The position numbers and the translations under genes were made by a program. A model generated the notes under the pieces. That model had not been told where the DNA came from. It saw only the letters and a list, made by a program, of their open reading frames with translations, and did no database searches. A DNA stretch of 32,974 bases from Sphacelaria rigidula (taxonomy: Eukaryota): NCBI GenBank assembly GCA_964200075.2, contig CAXNAA020000035.1, forward strand, positions 1 through 32,974, read 5' to 3'. Positions 1 through 10,711 of the stretch are shown here, piece after piece. How positions within the stretch are numbered: position 1 is the first letter of the stretch; the number at the start of each line of letters is the position of its first letter.

Positions 1-66
1 TGCTCCGTCTCGAAAGGGATGCGTGGTCAATGGTCAAACGACTAAGGCAAGCAACAAATGAGTACG
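1..66 (+). mobile_element. 3' end of tail-less LINE-like element
   Basis: Near-identical to 8702-8767 and 4152-4213; ends GAGTACG followed by a C-run; absent at the equivalent position of the intact paralog (~12060). Confidence 0.75.
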
Positions 67-547
67 CCCCCCCCGTGTACGTGAATCTTGGTTTTTCACT
101 CCCTCAGCAAGAAGTCCGAGAGCAGGAGTGATCGTGAGGAAGATGAGCGGTGTCTCGAGTGTGCGAGAAGAGTACGGCGTACATGAGGAAAACGGGCAAA
201 ACGGTCTGTTGGCCATACTCTCAGGAAAGCTCGATTGCCGCCCGTTTGGCACGTGCGGCATCGACGTAAGTGTCGATCGGCACAAAATATGAGTGGTGTA
301 CCCAATTACACTTCTGCCCCATCGCGAACGTCGCCTACATCTTCCGCCCGACCAACGCAGGTACAGCTGATGGCGACGGGATATTGTATGGGGTGCTACA
401 GAGACTCTAACAGCGATCACCCAATGACGAATAGTTTGAACGCTGAAGACATGACCGCCACGGTAAGAGGGTGGACAAGTCGCCACGGTGCTTGCTCGCA
501 TTCTATGAAGTACTTTGTCATCGGCATATCGAGATACAGCTGTAACT

Positions 548-997
548 AACAAACAATTCTGTGACATGAATTTGTACGATGAAGTGAGGTTCAAGCCCAA
601 AACGGTGCTTTCCCCACACTTTTAACGATGGTGCCCGATGACGTTTTTGTCGGCCTAATCCCCTTCGATCGCGTAGATACGGTTTTAGCGCATTTTACCG
701 ACTCTGTGAGCTAGGTTACAGCGCTGACTGGAACCGACGTTTCCCCTCATATCATCCCCCCTTCCCGCCATATGGTCTAACGAATAAGGCAAGCAACAAC
801 TGAGTATGCCCCCCCCCCCCCTGGGCAGCACTGTAAGCTCACAGAGTTGGAAAAACACGCTGAAAAAGTATCTACGCGATCGAGGGACATTAGGCCGAAA
901 AAAAGTCATTGGGCACCATCGCTGCAATTGTGGGGAAAGCACTGTTTCGGGCTTGGATCTCATTTCATCGTACTACCTATTCTTGAGACTTGTCTGC
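548..997. mobile_element. Foldback MITE with long (~170 bp) imperfect terminal inverted repeats
   Basis: 565-712 is the imperfect reverse complement of 836-973; flanked by a TAACT direct repeat (543-547, 998-1002; a TA duplication is an alternative reading); empty site in the paralog near 12955; second copy at 21689-23287. Confidence 0.85.
772..808 (+). mobile_element. ~37-bp 3' stub of the tail-less LINE inside the MITE spacer
   Basis: atggtctaacgaataaggcaagcaacaactgagtatg matches the family 3' end; flanked by C-runs; absent from the second MITE copy. Confidence 0.7.
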
Positions 998-3391
998 TAA
1001 CTGCAGACTGCTGTGAGCAACCGACAGCAACGGCGTTCGACTGTCGTTCCCATCGCCGGCTACACTGTACATTTTTCACCCAGGCAGCATGATCCGCTCG
1101 TACAGCGCTGTCTTGTCGCGCTCAACTCACAAACCCTGAAGACTGTCGTCGACGATGATCGACCGCTACTGAAGAGTTACCTGTATCTTGGTGTGCGCCG
1201 GCCATTGCTCCGGTTATGCCTACTTTGCAACGCAGTACGGTATTTAGCTGTGAACGAAGCACCCGGCAGTGTGTACGTCGCCCCAACGGTGTCCTCATGC
1301 TGCCATACCGTCCAATGATGCCGTCTGATGTCCTTGTGATGTAGCAGGTGCGGAGTGAACGTAAATAGTAATTCAACTGAGAATCACTACGGCGCAATAG
1401 ATTTATTGAACGCCGGTGACAGCTGCGTCATGCTGGAGTCCGAACCTCTGATGCCCCTTCGCTCTCGTTGGTGCGGAGTCCAATATCGTAATCATCGCAG
1501 CTTGATCTCTCCGGCTTTCATCCCCCTTCCACGATGCGGTGCTTGTGTGGCTGAGCGGTATCGACTACTGCAGACATGGGACGGGTACTTGATGACATCA
1601 CGTGCGCAGGAGACTGTACCGATACGTGCGGTGGATGGTATGCCTTCGGTATGTACATGGCGCCCACTCCAGCACCGACCCCGATTCCCACCGCGGCTCC
1701 GACCAAATGCGCAGACTGTGGGTGATCCGAGGACACCAGGAACAACTGCATCATAAAAAACGTGTTGATCAACGACGGCTTGACGAATGAGGTCAGGTGC
1801 GTGTGCCGACTGATAGGACCTACGTAACATGACCGCCCTGCGTGGCTCGTGTCGTTGAGCAGGACGTGGAGCACTGGCTTGGATGAACGGGAGCTCTCAT
1901 AGATTCGCGTCGAAAGATTTGAGCATCGCCCTAACAACACGATTGGGATGAAACCACCCCAGCGCCTGAAAATTAGAGGTTCAACGGTTTGCACATCATC
2001 GCATACGAACATCCTCTATGTTTGCGTCCTCCTGCTCTCGTCGCCATAGGCATGCGTCGCCCAATCCCCCGGCCATTCCTACTTCGCCACGCAGAACGGG
2101 ACGGAGGTGAGGTCAACCCACCCCGACTCTAGTATTCGTGGGGATGGCGGTACTGGTTTTGTTCCTCTCGTGGACGCGCGTTCGCTGCGTTTGCTTCTGA
2201 GTCGACCCCTTTATGGTGTCACAGCGGCTTCGTAAAGCAACAGCTCGATGAGACACATACAGGTCCAACGCATTTCACAGCTTACAGAATTGTTCTCATA
2301 CGAAGGTGCACGTCGACGAAACCACCGTCGTCCTCGCTCCCTTTTGTTTACTATCAGCAGCAGGGAAAGGTCATCGTCAGCACCGGGTCCTCGTGCCGTT
2401 CCTGCTGCTCCATCGCGCGGACGAAATGTTGTGCGGAAGAAGACCGAACCCATTTCCGAACCTTCCTGATCGCTCACGGGAAGTCGCAATGTGGTCGCTC
2501 ACTCGCATGTTAGCGACGACCACGTCCTATATATGTCTACGGACACTCCTGCCGTTGCCTCGCGCCATCTTTCTTGTTGTCCGGGCGAACTCTAAATACT
2601 CCCTGCTTCGCTGCTCTGCATGAAATTGTTCAGCTGTTGCTTCCATGTCCATTCTACGATATGGTGCTGGTGTGGACTGGGCGGTATTGACTTTACGATA
2701 GGCACGTTCCGACCACGTGCGAATATTCATGCGCGGGGGATTCTTCGGAGACGTGCGGTGGATACTTTACAATGTTTTTGTGCCCTACCCCGACTCCGGA
2801 GCCGACGCCGGAGCCGACCCCGGAACTGGCCAACTGCGCAGACTGTGGGCGCTCCAAGGACACCAGGGACGACCGCGTCACAACCAACATGTTCACCGGC
2901 AACAGCATGACGAATGGGGTCAGCTGCCTGTGTCGACTGGCAGGACCTAGGTGACTTGTTCTCCCAGCGTGGCTCGTGCGGTTGGACAGTCGGTACTGGC
3001 CCGAATGAACGAGAGCTTTCATAGACTCGCGTCGGAAGATTTGTCATCACCCCAACAACACGACGGCCTTTGAGCCACCCCAGCGCCTGAAACTTGGAGC
3101 GCCGAATGTTTGCACATAATCGCAAATGACCATCCTCAATGTTTACATCTTCACGCCCTTCTCGCCACAGGCATGTGCCGCCCAATGCTCCGGCTATGCC
3201 TACTTCGGTACGCAGTACGGGACGGAGGTGAGGTCAAACCACCCAGACTCTAGTTTCCGCGGGAGTGGTAGCAGTGGTTTTGTTCCGCTCGTGCACCCGT
3301 GTTTGCTGCGTCCGCTCCTGGATCGACCCCTTAGTAGTGTCACGGCTGCTGCGTGAGGCAAGACGTCGATCAGACACACAGTTATACGAGC

Positions 3392-3728
3392 TGGGCCAGC
3401 CAAGGCTTTGTGGCAACAAATACAGACCACGCGCGGGTCGAGGTTTCGAATTGTTGGATGAAAGTTTGACCCCAGAGAAACAACACTCAGGTCCACCTCG
3501 TCACTCTCTTAACCTTTTGCTTTTTACTCTAACTCTGAGCTATTCCATTCTTCGGGATAGGTTTGGATGCCTTCAAGCGAGCGAGAGAAAAATGAAATTA
3601 TGTGCCAGAGGTGGGGCAGGGTGAGCCCGAGTGCGGTTTCTCTGGTGTCAAAAGTTTAGCCCAAAAATTGAAAAAAAATGAGCCACGCCTTGTCGCTTCA
3701 GTATTTTCGCATATGAGGAAAGTGCCCT
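3392..3728. mobile_element. Degenerate foldback/MITE-like insertion
   Basis: 3445-3505 is the imperfect reverse complement of 3608-3675 (ccagagaaac..cactc vs gagtg..gtttctctgg); starts where homology to the WSC intron stops. Confidence 0.5.
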
Positions 3729-4032
3729 GGAGCCATCGTACGATAGGGGGGGGGGGAATTTCAGGCCACTTCTTGCTAGATATTTCAAGCCAAATCGTCG
3801 CTGAAAGCAGCAACGGCTGTTTGAACGAGCTTGTTGGAGATATATAAAGCTCACCCATACCACTTGACACTGTTTTTTACCAAATATAAGCGCACCGCGA
3901 GTGTTGCAGGTCATATGACACGCCTTCGGGTTTCTTTTGTCGTGCAATCAAATATCTCCCCCCCTCCACCCACACCCTCCGGCCCCCCCCACCCCCCACC
4001 CCCGCCCCCCCCCCGCCCCCGCGCGCGCGGAG

Positions 4033-4042
4033 NNNNNNNNNN
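4033..4042. other. Assembly gap (10 N)
   Basis: Run of N next to a C-rich low-complexity tract. Confidence 1.
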
Positions 4043-4151
4043 TTTGCAGGCGGCGTTTCTCATCGTGACGCACCCCCGGGTTATGTCTGTTTGGTTAGCT
4101 GTACCCAATCCTCCCCCCCCCCCCCCCCCGCCTATCGTAGGGTTAGGGTTA

Positions 4152-4213
4152 CCGTCTCGAAAGGGATGCGTGGTCAATGGTCAAACGACTAAGGCAAGCA
4201 ACAAATGAGTACG
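4152..4213 (+). mobile_element. 62-bp 3' stub of the tail-less LINE with 11-13 bp target-site duplication
   Basis: Identical to 5-66; flanked by CCTATCGTAGG at 4131-4141 and 4214-4224; 10 extra nt GTTAGGGTTA at the 5' junction. Confidence 0.85.
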
Positions 4214-5473
4214 CCTATCGTAGGATGACTCCCCGGTGATCAATAGATCACACAGGTATTGTCAGGGTGAAGAGAACGTGGGTGAAATTCCCGCCAGACG
4301 CGCTCTTTGCCTTCGGGAAATAAATAAATATAATTTCTACCGTCAAAAGCGTGTTGACGTCACGAGAGATGAGTTGATCCCTTCAGACCAAGAACTCGAC
4401 GCGAGTAAGGGGAGGAGTTTAGAGTGTGACAAAAAATAGGTCCTACGCCGAAAGAGTGTGACGAAAACATGAAAATCGTGCGCAGATGATATTCTACGTT
4501 ACGTATAGCACGTGCCCAACTATTCGGGAGAGAGCACTAGCCGGCGATTCTGCCACACGTATGAGAGCTATGACGTAATGATGAAACGTGTCAGCGTCTA
4601 CGCAGCGTGAGGTTACCTGGTGGGTTGGTTATTCCCACATACACGACTCCCACACTCCCACCAGGGGCGTTGTAATCTCTGTACTACACGTAGCACTGCC
4701 TTGACTGCCACGATTCCTTTCGAAACATGTGTTGGAACCTCATCGTCACACCAAAGCTGTCGTAGTACATGAACAAATCGCCTGTACTATCCTGTTTTTT
4801 CCTTTCGTTTGTAACTCAGGCAATTATTTTGCGCAAAGTACGGCACCAGAAAGGCCCCGCAATGGCACTGTTCCGAAATATGGTGCGGTAGCCAAGGGAG
4901 TATTCCGCGTAGTACAGAAAGTACAACGTACCTGGTGGGAGCGTGGGACTAGTGTACGCGGATACCATTCACCCAGCGGGTAACAGAGTGATGCTACGGT
5001 AGAGGTGCACAAATATTTTCTGAGGTTGAAATTGTTAGGAGCCCTTTATCTCATCCGAAACACGGCTTCTGAAAATATGTGAGAGTAAACGCCAGGATTA
5101 CTTTTCAAATGTGCTGGGGATATCCCGAATAATTTTGCAAACGGGGGTGCCCTGACCCGTAATCTTGTGCACTGGAATCGTTAGGAGCCCCAGAGCCAGA
5201 CAAGATTTCGCGCAGAAAGCGCACCCCTACCGTAGCATTGCCCAACATCAAGCTGCGCAGACATCCAGGATATTTCATCGTTCCACCATGGCTATCATAC
5301 GTGGCAGAATCGCTGGGTCATTCTCCCTGTCGAATATTTGGGCATGTGCTGCACTTAATCGAGTGCATTATCCCTTTCCCGGGGACGAGTCTGTGATCTC
5401 AAGGGGTTAATTAAACTCTCCTGACGCCCCCACGCTTACGACGGGGGGAATCGTATTTCCCGAAGAAAAAAAC

Positions 5474-5547
5474 GCGCGTTCGGGGGGAATCGGACCCATG
5501 TTCGCTTGATCCTGACGGTGGCAGTCTGACCATTAGATCACGCACGG
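5474..5547 (-). other. tRNA-like sequence (pseudo-tRNA or SINE head)
   Basis: Minus strand has A-box-like TGATCTAATGG, B-box-like GGTCCGATTCC, a partial acceptor stem (ccgtgcg/cgaacgc) and a downstream T7 run; the anticodon arm does not pair. Confidence 0.45.
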
Positions 5548-5654
5548 GTGGCCACTGAGGTGCCTACAACCTCAAATTTGGACGTTACAGTCGTTGCACA
5601 AGGTCTGTAACGTCCAAATTTGAGGTTACAGGCACCCCAGTGGCCACCCGTGCG
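5541..5654. repeat. Near-perfect 50-bp inverted repeat (hairpin, 14-nt loop)
   Basis: 5541-5590 versus the reverse complement of 5605-5654: 47/50 matches. Confidence 0.95.
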
Positions 5655-5909
5655 GTTGCGCCTTGTACTTTACTCGGCATATTTTCGGCACACAAAAATT
5701 TCCTCAGTGCAAACAACATGAAGTACATTGAGAGCTGTCGGACTTCCGCGTGTCGATCCCCCGGTCCCAGGAATAAGTTTACTTTGCGATAAGTCCCCGT
5801 GGTTTTTGAGATATATTTGGTGGAAGGAATTCCAGTCTTGAGGCTGACGCAGCTCGCTGTGCACGTCACAGCTTATCACTCATGGGGCATGACGACGCAG
5901 GTGAGAGGC

Positions 5910-6290
5910 ACATTGCGTTCCAAGTCTTCTCATACGGAGGTAAACATCGGCGAAGTCGCCGTCGTCCTCGCTCCCTCCTGTTGACCAACAGCAGCAAGGA
6001 CAAAAAATGGTCAGCCCCAGGTCCTCGTGCCGGTCCTGCTGCTTCGTCGCACAGACGAACTGTTGTGTCAAACAAAAACAAACCCATTTCCGTACATTCA
6101 TGATCGCACACGGGAAGTCGTCGCGAAGCAATGTGGTCGCTCACTCGACATTAGCGACGACCATAGCCTGAGTATATCCACGGGGCACTCCCGCCATTTC
6201 TCACCATTGTTCTCTGTTGTGTTGTTGAACGCACCCTGCATGCGCCCTGCTTCGCTGCTCTGTACGCAACTATTAATTCTGCCGCTTACA
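5910..6290 (+). pseudogene. Displaced remainder of the pseudogene's last intron (intron-6 homolog)
   Basis: Aligns to 2270-2640 and 14525-14915 (ttctcatacg.aggt..ac.tcg.cg.a..c.ccgtcgtc...aacccatttccg...gctctg); separated from 3380 by ~2.5 kb of insertions; no following exon found. Confidence 0.8.
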
Positions 6291-6369
6291 CGTGTAGGCT
6301 TTGCCTTCACACACCAGCCCCTTTCTGGGGAGGGGCTATCGTAGAAAGACTCATAGGTGAGATGTACGT

Positions 6370-6918
6370 CACGAGTTTTCGAACGTGCTGAATCGTTCCC
6401 CTGACTTCTCCGAAAGTATGTAGCCTGTTTCGTCTTCATCTATGGGCTGAAGAAATGATGAAGCCTGCTCTCACATGTTTCGGAGGAAGTGGAACCCGTC
6501 CAAATATGTCGGAAATTTCGGGCGGAAACACAGTGGACTAGTTCAAAATACCCCTTAGCTATGAAGGTCGCCGCGTGCTTCCTGTTCCGGGCAATCGTGC
6601 TTTTCGTTTCGGTCGATTTCATCGCATGTGCGTCTGGTACCAAAGAATGATTTTGTCATATATGTGTATGTACACTTGTCAGTTGAGAAAAGGGGTCAGA
6701 ATAGGTAAAAAGGGGTCGAGATTTGTGAAAACGTGCTACGATGCGCTAGGTCTCAACGTCATTCGTTGTCCACTACAGCGAGGAATATCGCACGCGGTTC
6801 GCTTTTCTGTGCAGTTTACAGCCCACTGCATAGCACTGGGGACATAGAGTAACGGGGAAAGTGAGCCAGCTACAGAGAAAAAAAGAGTCGTAAGTATTAC
6901 GTTTTGACGCCGTGGTGA
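6370..6918. repeat. Dispersed ~550-bp repeat, copy 1
   Basis: Collinear with 31935-32481 with the same boundaries (cacgagttt...ttttgacgccgtggtga). Confidence 0.9.
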
Positions 6919-7944
6919 AGTTGGCGACCGGGAATCTGGGCAGGCGGTGCGACGCACAATACCCGTCGGCTGGTGCCTATTCACTGGCACCACCCGAATG
7001 CTCCGCGATTTCGGGAAACATCCCCAAACGCTCCCCACGTGGTCCTCAAACGAACGCAAGTGATCTCACAAGAATCGGTGATGCTATGCGATGGGGAAGT
7101 AAGAGCGTTCGGCAGTGGTGGCTAGGGATGCATGTTGGGCTGCTGACCACCCCACTTTAGCGACCCAACAGTGCTGCAGACCCGCAGACGGCCGACGTAT
7201 GACGCGAGACGTGTTGTTCTGAGCAGAGGACGGCCTTTGCTTGTGTGGGGCGCTGCTCTATCATGTACTACAGCACCATGCAGTACGCTACTATTTTATC
7301 ATAATGTGCGTGTTGCGCACGTAGTGTGCAAGACCTGTGCGCATATGACGTAGCAGATATACGCGTCGTGTACTATGCAGTACATTTCAGCTACAAGGTG
7401 TCGATTCAGTCCTCCGCTGGCCACGATATGTCTGCTTTAGCCCGTACACGAGCGATGTACCTCGTCGTGACCATCTGCATGCGCAACGGTAGTTTACGTC
7501 ATGCTATTCCAAGCGGCAAATATCAGTTGAATGTGACTGAGCGCTCGGTGCAGATCCTGGTGACGAGAAATCTCGGTTTTTGTTGACCTCGACTGTGTGT
7601 GTTGATTTGAATATTCGGAATATGGGAGGTGACAAAGCATTGTGGCTGAACAGAAGTACCACGGCAATCTCTTATCGTAGAAGACGCTTCTCGATCTAGC
7701 TCCCAGCGGACGTCTACAGAGACTGCTTGACTGCACTTCGACTGAATCCTCGATCGAATTATAGACTGCACCCGTACAGAACCTCTGCACCATAGAAACC
7801 TTTCTCAAGTCCGCTACTGTACCCCGTATCACCCGTGTACTGGGTTACGTTCCTCTTCTCGTTTCCCGTCATACTTCGAAATGATGATGTCATCGGGACG
7901 AGCCCGTAGTTTCAAGGGCTCATCCCATCTCCCCCCTGCTACCA

Positions 7945-8767
7945 GCAGAGAAAGAAAGAGAAACTTGTGATGGCAATATAGCGTCAGGAACATGCAGAGA
8001 AAGACATTGTCATCTATGGTTGATAAGGCTGTATGGGAGAAAGCTACGACAGGGCAGCTTGAATGAGGTGGGACAGAGAAGTCGAAAAAGTATGCAGGAG
8101 ATAGGGAAAAACCAAGACGAAATACTCTCCATAGGTAAATGCGCGGGGTGCAAGACAAACGTAAGAGACATGATAGAAATACGGGGGAAAGGAGCGCTCA
8201 GACTCGAAGTAGACGGGGAAGAAAACCTGAAGATATGCGGGGGGTTGAGAGAGGGGATAGGCATGAAAACATGTTTGCATGGCCCAATGGACGCGGCGAA
8301 AAATCTGAAACTACGATATCGGGTGGGGGACCTAGACCTGCCAGAAAGAAAGAAGACATTTACCAATAGTCGAGAGAACGAGGAAGTAGATGCACCGAAC
8401 TTCCCCTACGGTAAAGCAATAGAGAGCAGAACTCAAAGAGTGGCAGCATGTGTATTATACAATGAGGAACGGGACGTGCTAGAGTGGGAAATGTGGGACG
8501 TGAACGAAGGTGGCATGAAATCGTTTGATGCAGTAGACAGTAGCGAAAAAACGATGGCCATGGCGATACTAGGAGATAGATGGTGGCCACACACGACGAA
8601 ATACGAGGGGGATAAGATTATAAAAAGCTTTTGTGCAATATATGGAAGAAACGTAATGCGCACCTAAACGTCGGAGGTGTCTCTATGAGGAGTAGGAACG
8701 GTGCTCCGTCTCGAAAGGGATGGGTGGTGAATGGTCAAACGACTAAGGCAAGCAACCAATGAGTTCG
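7945..8767 (+). mobile_element. 5'-truncated LINE-like retroelement (C-terminal ORF2 remnant, ORF 8020-8667)
   Basis: 14-bp TSD with one mismatch (cccccctgctacca 7931-7944; ccccccttctacca 8768-8781). ORF has LKLRYRVG..L and a degenerate CCHC-like segment (NFPYG..ESRTQRVAAC..Y.EER) resembling post-RT LINE domains. Shared 3' end, no poly(A). Confidence 0.75.
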
Positions 8768-9985
8768 CCCCCCTTCTACCACCCCTTACAACGTATTACC
8801 GTGGACCGGATCAGCACTGGAACAGCCCGTCACCGTTGGTCAAGTGAATGTTTCATCCATTCACGCTCTAGCGTTTTCCAACACGGAAGCAAGCGAAGTA
8901 AATAATTCCCGCCGGGGTTCCAACTCACGACTTCGGCTCTCGTTTCATTTTTCACCCACGTAGCCCCAGGTTCATTTCCGCCTCAAGTTGCCGCTACAAA
9001 ACGGTGTACTCCGCGGCCCACGCAGACGGGCTGCTCTCTATCGACGGTATCATATGTTGACGGTGTGTACCAACAGGTGTTTCCCAACCTCATGCAGCAC
9101 ACTAAGTTGAGAAGCATTGACTGCAAGAGCCCCAGAAGCATATTTGCTAACGTAGCCATTGATGCCACGCTTGTGTTAAAGACATTGAACACTTTGCACG
9201 CACTTTCAGCACGAAGACGAGCAAATACGGCCCGTGCTGAAGAAAGTGGCCCAAGGAGATGTGATTGGGAGACCGATCGGACCAACCCGGGGGTATCTCA
9301 ACATACGCGAGGGCGTGAAAGTTAGTCATCAAGGGCATGCCTCGTAAACGCCATCAACGAAAAACATCGAAACTGGGCATGACGATAGAATACCGAAGCG
9401 AAATGCGAAGACGATCTTAGACCAGGACACTATGCAACACGCAAACCGGGTACGTCTTTCGTACGCAGCTCGCACTCTATCTGGGTTCCTTCCCCCTTCG
9501 GTCGCTTACCTCGATGAAAAGCTTTGTAATCCCGTAATCCGTTCGCCGAGTACCGGAATAAAAACAAACGATTAAAGTTCGAGACAGAAATGTCGAAATA
9601 CCCCGATTCTTACCGTGAGCTTAGGTCTGTTTATGTTGGGCGTAGCCGCCGATCGATGGAGAACAGTGTGCGAATGGCACACTGCGTGTGTTTCATTTCT
9701 CCGAAACCGTCCCAGCCCGAGACTGCAATTCCCTTTAACCGGTAAAACCGAGAACTCCGCTACGGCTGACGCGGGATTACGTTCACATAATCGGATGCGT
9801 ACTTGATCGTCCTATTCATACACGGGTGTGCACATGCCACTCCGGGGATGCACGCGGAACTCGTTGTGTGTGTGTGAGTGTGAGTGAGTGTGTGTTCCAT
9901 CAACACGCGACGCGCGCGACAGACGTCTCCAGGTCAGTTGAAGATGAACGGAGTTGTTCGTGGGCCTCATAGTGGACGTTAAGAC

Positions 9986-9998
9986 TGGTGTCAGAAGT
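9986..9998 (+). mobile_element. tRNA-Leu-type primer-binding site of a probable LTR-element remnant
   Basis: TGGTGTCAGAAGT matches the complement of a tRNA-Leu 3' end; no partner LTR or pol ORF seen. Confidence 0.4.
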
Positions 9999-10647
9999 CA
10001 GATGGGCCTTATTCCTGGTGGGCACCCATGTTCAACATGATAGATCCACAGTCAGAGTTGACGTCCATGTATGGCGTATAATTCTCCCGGGTGGCCACGA
10101 ATGATCCGATGATTGACCGAAACACTTGGACGCAGAGTTGCCCAAGCCAAACAAGAGTCCTCCGCTGCTCCATGGCAGCTGGTGATTTCGGTACGCCTCC
10201 CGGTGAATGTCCCCGGCGTTCGAACCAATGCCGGGATCCGGGACAAGCGTGTGGACGCCGTTCTGCTTGAACATGCGCGCATTTACTCTTAAGCTGGGGA
10301 TACCGAATGGAGAAATGTCTTGCTGTCCATCCCATTTGGGGCGGTGATCTCGGGTCAGGCACGACACGCTCCCCATATTAAATACCCCGGCGTGGGCTTT
10401 CGGTTCGACGGCTGCTGCCGCGAGTCTCCAGATTCTAGGATTTTCCTCCGCTACACGTCGCGTCGCTGCGTACCGAGTACTTCCACGGAATGCACGCGTC
10501 ACCAGATGCGTTCAAACGGTTGCCGTTCGGGCATCCGAGATGTGTACCCCGACTGCACTCATCTCCCGTCCGTTCATTCTTCAGGCACCCCCTCAACCGC
10601 CAACGGACTCACGCGACCTCTATCTGACTGCTAGAGCCTGCTGCAGC

Positions 10648-10711
10648 ATGAAGCTTGCCGGGTTCTTTCTCGGCGCCTTGGTCGTCTCGAGCTCGCTCGC
10701 AAGCTCATCCG
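10648..10711 (+). CDS. WSC gene exon 1 (signal peptide)
   Basis: ATG AAG CTT... encodes MKLAGFFLGALVVSSSLASSS; donor G|GTGAGT at 10712, phase 1. Confidence 0.75.

Larger units (their letters stand above)
108..3227 (+). pseudogene. Decayed tandem paralog of the WSC gene (unprocessed pseudogene)
   Basis: Exon remnants: 108-142 (donor GT>AT); 361-462 (intact); 1191-1247 (acceptor deleted, GAG>TAG stop); 1540-1791 (acceptor CAG>CGG, frameshifts, TGA); 2050-2106 (one Cys lost); 2665-2918 (acceptor lost, 2-nt insertion); 3171-3227 (intact). Introns align to those of the intact gene. Confidence 0.88.
3729..4232. mobile_element. MITE with GGAGTCATCCTACGATAGG(G)n-type TIRs
   Basis: Left GGAGCCATCGTACGATAGGGGG; right CCCC..CCTATCGTAGGATGACTCC (interrupted by a LINE stub); 3730-3876 homologous to 32828-32974; contains the N gap. 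Confidence 0.7.

Noticed and set aside
34-600. 188-aa minus-strand ORF and similar antisense ORFs over the WSC exons
   Set aside because: Shadow ORFs of the plus-strand WSC gene and pseudogene in GC-rich sequence
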